DNA of 64,000 nucleotides from a virus (Duplodnaviria; Caudoviricetes): IMG/VR virus record IMGVR_UViG_3300021962_008747, positions 1 to 64,000 of that record; one strand, 5' to 3'. Shown piece by piece: positions 56,688 to 64,000 of this stretch (position 1 is its first letter; each line of letters starts with the position of its first letter). The notes under the pieces were generated by a model. It saw only the letters and a program-made list of their open reading frames with translations, ran no database searches and was not told where the DNA came from. The position numbers and the translations under genes were made by a program.

Positions 56688-58616
56688 ATGCCGAGTCAAA
56701 ATATTAATTCGTATTATTTTCCAAAATATTCCATAAATCTTAGTTATGGTCGTTACTTTGACTTAACTTTAGCTTCTGATGAAAGAGACTACGATGAGGA
56801 AGTTGTTTTTTCTACAAACATTATTGGATATAATGAGGGTAATAGATTACCAATAATAATAGATTTATCCAATAGTGCAACAACACAACAACCAATATTA
56901 AGTTTTGGTGAATATGTAAGTGGGAATACTTTGGTTTCAAAAAATTATTACAACCCAAAAAATTTAGACTTTTCGTGTTACACCTCATATACAGGTATTT
57001 GTGATGTAGGCTTAGTTGCGACCGATAATGGTTTATATACTAAAATGTCGGGGCAGACACTTAATTTTATAAAAGGTATTGACGATACTTACAAATTTCA
57101 CCCATATTATAGAGACAGTAGGTTTAAAATGCATCCCGTAACGGGATATACTCAATCACCTAATGAAGTTTTTTCAGGTAGACCAAAAAATACTATTTAT
57201 AATATAGTATCAAAAAGTAATTCAACTATAGGGTATTATCAAGAACTATACGGAGGGTTTTATCAAGGGTTTTATAAACTTCATGGATATGATTATGAAG
57301 TTTTTCCTGAAAGAGTTAATAAGGGTTGGACAGCGGAAATGTTACTAAAACCAAGAGTCACTGAAGAATATACGTTAACGGCAAATACTGAACAATATTT
57401 AAATGATGTATATAGTGGAAATAGTGGAACTTTTTTCTATTTTGGAACAAGGTCCGAAAATAAATATTACCACATATCTAGTGGTTCACCACAAAGTGAT
57501 TCGGGTTATACAAGAGTTACACAAGGACTTGATTGTTTAGAAACTTGTGGTTGCTCAAATACTGCGGTAACTAATTCTGATTGTGTAAAAATTTACCCAG
57601 TTAGTGGTTTTACATCAGAACATAACATAGGTTGTAATTGTGGGTGTGCAAGTACACAAAATATACCATTACCTGAGACTGATCCTAAATTTGATGTTTT
57701 ATCTAATGCGATTTCATTAAGATTTAGTGGTTGTCCGTTAAATCCTAGTATAGGTATAAAATATATTAAAATTACGGGTGATTGTGTAACAACCGGAGTT
57801 TGCGAAACCACCGGAGTAAATTTTCAAACAGGATATACAATAACTGAAGTATATACTCCACCAATCTATGATATTTGTAATTTAGAATGTGATGATAGTG
57901 ATGAAGAAAGATGGGTAATGATAAGTGCGGTTTTTGAAAGATATAAAACTATAGAGGAATGCGACTTAGAAAATTTAGGAGGTTTGAATGATTTAAGAAT
58001 CGTAACAACACAATCATCAATAGATGGGCAATCTTATAAATTAATAAGTCCACCTGAAACGCATCCAGGATCAACACCCGAAAGAAAAATACATAAAATA
58101 AGATTCGATAAAAAATGGTTTGATGATTTAGATTATAGATTGGGTACTTTAAAACTTTATGTTAATGGTTATTTATTTTTAGTAATAGAAGATTTTGAGG
58201 AAATAATTCCAAGAGAATTAAATACTGAAAAAGAAAAACAAGTTGGGGTTCCATTTAATATTTCATTCGGTGGAGGAACGCAAGGATTACACGACCACTT
58301 AATTTTTTCAGGTTGTTCTTTACCTAATGGACCTTACACTCAAGATCCTGAATTATTTCCAAATAATATTTTATCGGCAACCACTTTATCAGGACTTTCA
58401 ACAAATATTTTATTAGAACAAAATTTTGGGGGAACATTCATGGGAGGAATTTCTCAATTTAGAATGTATGTTGAACCGTTAAGTTCTCCACAAGTTCAAC
58501 ATAACTTTAGAATATTAAAAAATAATTTTAATTTATTTGATTTTTGGTGTCCAGATTGTATTCCGACTAATTATTATATGACTGAAGGTTACGTTGATCC
58601 GTTCTATTTCGAATAA
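56688..58616 (+). CDS. Cys-rich virion structural protein with LamG-like elements
   Basis: 642 aa; LKLYVNG, GGISQFRMY..PLS..QVQHNF. Confidence 0.55.
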   Translation: MPSQNINSYYFPKYSINLSYGRYFDLTLASDERDYDEEVVFSTNIIGYNEGNRLPIIIDLSNSATTQQPILSFGEYVSGNTLVSKNYYNPKNLDFSCYTSYTGICDVGLVATDNGLYTKMSGQTLNFIKGIDDTYKFHPYYRDSRFKMHPVTGYTQSPNEVFSGRPKNTIYNIVSKSNSTIGYYQELYGGFYQGFYKLHGYDYEVFPERVNKGWTAEMLLKPRVTEEYTLTANTEQYLNDVYSGNSGTFFYFGTRSENKYYHISSGSPQSDSGYTRVTQGLDCLETCGCSNTAVTNSDCVKIYPVSGFTSEHNIGCNCGCASTQNIPLPETDPKFDVLSNAISLRFSGCPLNPSIGIKYIKITGDCVTTGVCETTGVNFQTGYTITEVYTPPIYDICNLECDDSDEERWVMISAVFERYKTIEECDLENLGGLNDLRIVTTQSSIDGQSYKLISPPETHPGSTPERKIHKIRFDKKWFDDLDYRLGTLKLYVNGYLFLVIEDFEEIIPRELNTEKEKQVGVPFNISFGGGTQGLHDHLIFSGCSLPNGPYTQDPELFPNNILSATTLSGLSTNILLEQNFGGTFMGGISQFRMYVEPLSSPQVQHNFRILKNNFNLFDFWCPDCIPTNYYMTEGYVDPFYFE

Positions 58617-58640
58617 ACTTTATATTTATTAAATAAAAAA

Positions 58641-60761
58641 ATGGGATTAATAACAAGACAGATAGGGCCAGACGCTAAGGGTAGTAAACTTACCTTTGTG
58701 GATATGGATAATAACTTGTATTATTTACAAGGTTTAGGTGTTTCAGATCTTACATATTCTGCGAGTACACTTACATTAACAAATCCTACTGGTGGTACTC
58801 TTAGTGTTAATATTGCAAGTGATACAAATACGTTTATAACTGCAACAACATATAATGATTTAACAAACACCATTACTTTAACTGACAATACTGATACTTC
58901 TTTTAATGTATATATTGATGCCGTTAGTGGTTTAACGGTAAATGGTATTTTATCGGCAACAACAATTAGTGGTGGGACATTATATGGTGACGGATCAAAT
59001 TTAACAGGGATCTCAACACAAGATACTTTTGTTACGGGAGGGACTTATTCAAATGGAACCGCAATATTTACAAATAATACGGGAGGTACTTTCAACGTTA
59101 ATGGTTTTTATACAGGTTCAACAGATGTTTTTGTTACCGGAGGAACTTTTAGTTCGTCAACAATTACTTTTACTAATAATACAGGAGGAACTTTTTCGGT
59201 TAGTGGTATAAGTTCTGGGACAAATCTATCTAAAATCTTATTCGTTGATCCAAATGGTAATGACGTAACTGCAGTAAAAGGGGATTTACATAAACCTTAT
59301 CAAAATTTATATGCGGCTAAAAGCGCATCAACTTCAGGTGATACCATTTATGTGTTACCTGGAACATGGACTTACGATAATAGAAACACTGCTGGTAACC
59401 CTTATAATGGACAAATAGACACGTTAGTCAATTTATGGAAAGACGGTGTTTATTATTATTTTAATCCTGGATCGAGAGTTGTGTTCTTTAATCAAACTGT
59501 AACAGGTACTGATATGTATTTGTTTAAATCACCAGGTAGTGGTGGTACTTGCACCGTTAGGGGTTCATTAGAGTTTAGCGGGGATTCAATCGGTGCCGAT
59601 AGTTTTGGTGGTGCAGTAGTTTTTTATGAACCGGGTATAGGTGATGGATGTACTTTTGATTGTGAAGTTAAATCACTAATATCTAAATCTCATTTAATCG
59701 GTGTCGGTACCAATACTATTACGGGGCAAACATCTACAGTAAAAATAACGGCAGATGAAATAAATTACACACATACGGGTAATAATGTTGGGCAATCAGG
59801 TACAGGTTCTCCATTAACAATTAGATCTACTGCAGATATACAATTTTATATAAACGTTAGAAAAGTTAAATCTACATATTATAGAGTAATTCATTTTAGA
59901 CAGTTATCAACTGGTAGTACAGCAACTTTAAATTTAGATTATGTACAAAACTTAGGTGGTAACGCTGCAATTTCTTGTGAAATTAACCAATCACCAAATA
60001 TATACCTAAACATAAATAAATGTGATTTTATTGCTTATCCTTATCAATCAACACAAAATACGGCAACATTTAGATTTATTGCAAATGTTAATTGGTATGA
60101 AGTCGGTGATTCTGGAGTTGCACAAAAATTTCAATCATTTTCAAGCTCAAATGGAGTTTCAATATTTAATGGTACTTATAATTTTAATTATAATAGAATA
60201 CTTTTTGAAAACCAAACAGCTGAAAAAATGTTTATAAACGGAGATATAAACATAGCAACTTCAAATTTCACCAACATTATTTTTTATAACAGAAACACAT
60301 CAGGAGAAATTAATTTTAATGGAAATATAACAGGAAATTTTCAAGGAGTGGTTGCTAGATCAAGAGCGGGTAAAATAAATATAAAAAATAGTAGTATTTT
60401 ACCTTCAATAACAGGAGGAACGTTTATAGATAATGACACAACTACAACAGGAACTACTGTAATATCGAATACAAACGCATATTTTAATAGTACATCAAGT
60501 TTAATTAATGGTCAGTATTTAAAAAATTATGTTTTAAATTCAAATATTAAAAATTCAGGTACAGGTAATTTATTTGTGAATGCAACAAGTACGGGATCTT
60601 TACAAATACATAACTCAACATTACAATCTGTGCCGGGATCAACAATAAATATATCAGGTTTAGCACCATTAACAATATCAAACACAACGTCGAACACCAA
60701 TATAACCGCATCGACAATAAATGGTTCGGTAACTGTATTAACAGAATTAGATTTATTATGA
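58641..60761 (+). CDS. Tail fibre/tailspike-like protein
   Basis: KGSKLTFVDMDNN N-terminus; DTFVTGGTY repeats; FVDPNGND...PY..L.AA...GDTIYVLPG beta-helix cap. Confidence 0.7.
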   Translation: MGLITRQIGPDAKGSKLTFVDMDNNLYYLQGLGVSDLTYSASTLTLTNPTGGTLSVNIASDTNTFITATTYNDLTNTITLTDNTDTSFNVYIDAVSGLTVNGILSATTISGGTLYGDGSNLTGISTQDTFVTGGTYSNGTAIFTNNTGGTFNVNGFYTGSTDVFVTGGTFSSSTITFTNNTGGTFSVSGISSGTNLSKILFVDPNGNDVTAVKGDLHKPYQNLYAAKSASTSGDTIYVLPGTWTYDNRNTAGNPYNGQIDTLVNLWKDGVYYYFNPGSRVVFFNQTVTGTDMYLFKSPGSGGTCTVRGSLEFSGDSIGADSFGGAVVFYEPGIGDGCTFDCEVKSLISKSHLIGVGTNTITGQTSTVKITADEINYTHTGNNVGQSGTGSPLTIRSTADIQFYINVRKVKSTYYRVIHFRQLSTGSTATLNLDYVQNLGGNAAISCEINQSPNIYLNINKCDFIAYPYQSTQNTATFRFIANVNWYEVGDSGVAQKFQSFSSSNGVSIFNGTYNFNYNRILFENQTAEKMFINGDINIATSNFTNIIFYNRNTSGEINFNGNITGNFQGVVARSRAGKINIKNSSILPSITGGTFIDNDTTTTGTTVISNTNAYFNSTSSLINGQYLKNYVLNSNIKNSGTGNLFVNATSTGSLQIHNSTLQSVPGSTINISGLAPLTISNTTSNTNITASTINGSVTVLTELDLL

Positions 60762-61015
60762 TATTAACATGTTTATTTGAGTTTAACACTCACAGCGAAG
60801 GTTTAAATAAAATGCAAAGTTTTGAATACCCATGTGCGTTTATTGTAAATGGGGAAATGTTTGATTATCAAGGTAATCCGATAACAATAACTGAAAACTA
60901 TTTTTTATCACCAAATGATAGTATGGTATTTATAAGTGGTTATGGTGATGAAAATACAACTGAAGGCGTATTATACGTTCAGGATAACATATGTAAAGTA
61001 AATAAAATAGGTTAA
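60758..61015 (+). CDS. Small protein, possible fibre chaperone
   Basis: ATGA-coupled to the fibre gene. Confidence 0.5.
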   Translation: MILTCLFEFNTHSEGLNKMQSFEYPCAFIVNGEMFDYQGNPITITENYFLSPNDSMVFISGYGDENTTEGVLYVQDNICKVNKIG

Positions 61016-61016
61016 A

Positions 61017-61961
61017 ATGGCAACATCACAAATAATATATGGGAGTTTATCGGCAAACACTTTAAGTGCAACAACACTCTATGGTAATGGGTCTAATTTA
61101 CTTGGTGTTTCTACAGGCGATACATACGTTACAGGAGGAACGTACAGTAATGGTACTGCAACATTTACAAACACAAGTGGGGGTACATTTAATGTTAGTG
61201 GATTTTACACAGGAGCAACTGATGTTTTTGTAACAGGTGGGACGTATTCCGCTGGAACGATTACCTTATTAAATAATACTGGAGGTACAATTTCTATAAC
61301 AGGGTTAAGTACAGGATATACTTATACACAAACAAATAATTACACAGCATCTATACCAATTACAATTACTCATAATTTAAATACTACTGAAATATTAATA
61401 CAAATAATAGACACAAACACCAATCAATTAATTTTAGGTAGTGTTAGTAACTACCAATTAAATTCCGTAGACATAACTTTGAGTAGTTCATTAAACGGTA
61501 TTAAAGTTGTTATTGTGGGAGGTTCAATATCTTCTGCAACACCTAGAGGAAAAATTAATTTATTATTTGGTCATGATTCTGTAAATCCCGTCGATTCAAC
61601 AACATATTATATAGGGGGTCAGTTTAATTTAGCTCCAACAATATCGGCCAATGACGGTAGAAGACTTATTTCTCCTGTTACTGGTTTTATTACACAAGTA
61701 TCTATTTGTGAAACTGTTGGTGGTACTTTGGGTTCGTCAGAAACTAGCACATTTACAATAAATAATGTCACAAAATCAACATCAAGTACTATAACTACAA
61801 CGACCACTTACGATTCATCATCATCATTAATAAATTATATTTTATCATCACCTTTATATGTTGTTAATGGAGATAAATTAGAAATAAGATGGGTAACGCC
61901 CGCTTGGGTAACGAACCCTACAACAGTAAGACAACAAATAAACGTTTTAATTGATTTTTAA
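61017..61961 (+). CDS. Tail fibre-like protein
   Basis: SATTLYGNGSNL and DTYVTGGTYSNG modules shared with the 58641 gene; ITHNLNT motif. Confidence 0.7.
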   Translation: MATSQIIYGSLSANTLSATTLYGNGSNLLGVSTGDTYVTGGTYSNGTATFTNTSGGTFNVSGFYTGATDVFVTGGTYSAGTITLLNNTGGTISITGLSTGYTYTQTNNYTASIPITITHNLNTTEILIQIIDTNTNQLILGSVSNYQLNSVDITLSSSLNGIKVVIVGGSISSATPRGKINLLFGHDSVNPVDSTTYYIGGQFNLAPTISANDGRRLISPVTGFITQVSICETVGGTLGSSETSTFTINNVTKSTSSTITTTTTYDSSSSLINYILSSPLYVVNGDKLEIRWVTPAWVTNPTTVRQQINVLIDF

Positions 61962-62125
61962 TGGGATATTTAGGGACATATGAGATCGTAAATTATATCG
62001 TAAATCACCCAACAGAAGGTGTAATTAATAAACAAAAAATAATTTATTATAATAATCAAAATGAAATTGAAAACGAAGAGTATTATTTTGGTTACATAAG
62101 AGATGGTTATACACAAAAAAATTAA
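61961..62125 (+). CDS. 54-aa protein absent from the ORF track (MGYLGTYEIVNY...GYTQKN)
   Basis: TAATG-coupled to the upstream gene; fills the gap. Confidence 0.6.
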   Translation: MGYLGTYEIVNYIVNHPTEGVINKQKIIYYNNQNEIENEEYYFGYIRDGYTQKN

Positions 62126-62131
62126 TAAGAT

Positions 62132-64000
62132 ATGACTAATATTTATGATTCTTTAGGTATAAATGGCGGATTGAATATAAGTGCTAATTCAACAACTGAC
62201 GCAATATACATTAGCCAATTGGGTACGGGGAATGCCGTTTTGATAGAAGATAGTTCAAACCCTGACGCATCTCCGTTCATTATTAATTCGGGAGGTAGTG
62301 TGAATATTGGTAGAATTGAGTATTTGTCCACTTCAGGTGGTACACAATCTAAATTACAAGTTAATAATAGTACTTCTCAAATACCATCATCGGGTTTACC
62401 ATTCACCACAAATTTTATTGTACAAGGGTTTAATAATAATAATATCGGTTTTTTTACGACAGACATTAATACGTCACAATTATATTTTGGAACACCATCA
62501 AGTGTGTATGGAGCAAAACTTTCTTGGAGATATACTGGTGGGACATTTGATTTATCTACTCAGACCACAGGAGGAACTATTACTTTTGGTACCGATCAAG
62601 GTTTAGAAAGAATGAGAATACAAAGTGATGGAAATGTAGGTATCGGCACAACTGCGGCAACATCAACTTTAACCGTAAATGGTAGTTTAAGTGCAACAAC
62701 ATTATATGGTGACGGGTCAAATCTAACAGGAATTTCAGGTGGTGGTTCATTTACTGGAGGAACTGTAACAGGATCAACAACATTCAAAAACGGACTTTCA
62801 GCCAATACCTTTAGTTCAAATACCGAAACTATAATCGGAAAAGTACCAACAAGTGCGTCTGGATCGGTATCAACTGGTTCGGCCCCTTCTGGTATTTATG
62901 TTCAAGGAAGATATGTATATGTTGTAAATGTTGGTTCAGATTCACTTCAAATATTTGATGTTTCAAGTCCATCATCTCCGGTTTTAGTTGGGTCAACATC
63001 AACCGGTTCGGCCCCTTCTGGTATTTATGTTCAAGGAAGATATGCATATGTTGTAAATGTTGTTTCAACTTCGCTTCAAATATTTGATGTATCAAATCCA
63101 TCATCTCCGACATTAGTTGGAACTGCGTCAACAGGTTCGTCCCCTTCTCGTATTTATGTTCAAGGAAGATATGCATATGTTATTAACCGTACTTCAGATT
63201 CACTTCAAATATTTGATGTATCAAATCCATCATTACCTGTTTCAGTTGGGTCTGTGTCAACCGGTTCTCGACCTGATGGTATTTATGTTCAAGGAAGATA
63301 TGTATATGTTATAAACCGAGATTCAAGATCACTTCAAATATTTGATGTATCAAATCCATCATTACCTGTTTCAGTTGGGTCTGTGTCAACTGGTTCAGAC
63401 CCTTATCATATTTATGTTCAAGCAAGATATGCGTATGTCTTGAACCGAATTTCTTCTGAACTTAAAATATTTGATGTTTCAAATCCATCATCTCCGGTAT
63501 TAGTTGGAACTGCGTCAACAGGATCAGGTTCTGGTATTTATGTTCAAGGAAGATATGCATATGTTATAAATGGAAATGATTCACTTCAAATATTTGATGT
63601 ATCAAATCCATCATCACCTGTTTCAGTTGGGTCAACATCAACCGGTTCGGCCCCTTCTGGTATTTATGTTCAAGGAATATATGCGTATGTTGTAAACCGA
63701 CTTTCAAATTCACTTCAAATATTTGATGTTAGTGGTTCATATATTCAACAATTAGAAGTTGGTGGAATATTAACAAATACTTTGGAATCTGTTGGAAATA
63801 CAACTATTGGCAATGATTTAGCGGTAGTGGGCGGATTAAATGTAAGTCAATCAACAAACATACAAGGAAATTTATCGGCGACTAATTTAATAGTAGTTAG
63901 TGGAGTAACTTCAAACACTGTGTCTGCCAATACGATAAGTGCAACAACTTATCAGAATTTACCACAAACAACATCCGCAAATACTGCAACTATTCATTTT
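62132..64000 (+). CDS. Tail fibre/adhesin with LVIVD-repeat beta-propeller, 3'-truncated
   Basis: Starts MTNIYDSLGINGG; open to the window end; seven GIYVQGRYAYV..SLQIFDVSNP repeats. Confidence 0.8.
   Translation, partial: MTNIYDSLGINGGLNISANSTTDAIYISQLGTGNAVLIEDSSNPDASPFIINSGGSVNIGRIEYLSTSGGTQSKLQVNNSTSQIPSSGLPFTTNFIVQGFNNNNIGFFTTDINTSQLYFGTPSSVYGAKLSWRYTGGTFDLSTQTTGGTITFGTDQGLERMRIQSDGNVGIGTTAATSTLTVNGSLSATTLYGDGSNLTGISGGGSFTGGTVTGSTTFKNGLSANTFSSNTETIIGKVPTSASGSVSTGSAPSGIYVQGRYVYVVNVGSDSLQIFDVSSPSSPVLVGSTSTGSAPSGIYVQGRYAYVVNVVSTSLQIFDVSNPSSPTLVGTASTGSSPSRIYVQGRYAYVINRTSDSLQIFDVSNPSLPVSVGSVSTGSRPDGIYVQGRYVYVINRDSRSLQIFDVSNPSLPVSVGSVSTGSDPYHIYVQARYAYVLNRISSELKIFDVSNPSSPVLVGTASTGSGSGIYVQGRYAYVINGNDSLQIFDVSNPSSPVSVGSTSTGSAPSGIYVQGIYAYVVNRLSNSLQIFDVSGSYIQQLEVGGILTNTLESVGNTTIGNDLAVVGGLNVSQSTNIQGNLSATNLIVVSGVTSNTVSANTISATTYQNLPQTTSANTATIHF
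62860..63732 (+). repeat. About seven tandem 129-bp coding repeats (LVIVD-like)
   Basis: Anchor GGTTC/GGATC at 62876, 63005, 63134, 63263, 63392, 63521, 63644. Confidence 0.9.

Noticed and set aside
159-63314. Many short antisense/alternate-frame ORFs in the track (e.g. 159..593, 9311..9616, 19577..19966, 32971..33306, 37618..38226, 62829..63176)
   Set aside because: They are shadows of longer, motif-bearing genes.
62860-63732. CRISPR-like periodicity
   Set aside because: Units are in-frame 129-bp coding repeats without unique spacers.
1-64000. Genome-wide stop-codon reassignment
   Set aside because: Genes are full length in code 11, and TAA, TAG (18529) and TGA (3053) all terminate genes. 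The single internal TAA is local.

Overview
AT-rich 64-kb segment of a large T4-like (myovirus-type) phage. The host is almost certainly a Bacteroidota: there are TAnnTTTG host promoters, A-rich SD-less starts, T9SS-type cargo genes and a bS21 gene. From left to right the window holds: tail-fibre/LamG genes; a tmRNA with an adjacent HNH gene; a peptidase and a ClpC/UVR pair; the head module (terminase, portal, bS21, prohead protease, scaffold, major capsid); a three-gene island of secreted T9SS-like proteins, two of which share a duplicated regulatory leader; baseplate/structural genes; a gp55-like sigma factor; a ~13-kb glycosylation/nucleotide cluster; a free-standing endonuclease; and more tail-fibre genes. 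The most striking candidate for a new system is at 51.9-54.0 kb. A homing-type endonuclease overlaps the start of a glycosyltransferase gene whose N-terminus is interrupted by GGT-TAA-GGT directly after a strong GC-rich hairpin. This looks like a minimal ribosomal stop-hop cassette analogous to T4 mobA/gene 60. Family assignments come from motif recognition only; no searches were run.
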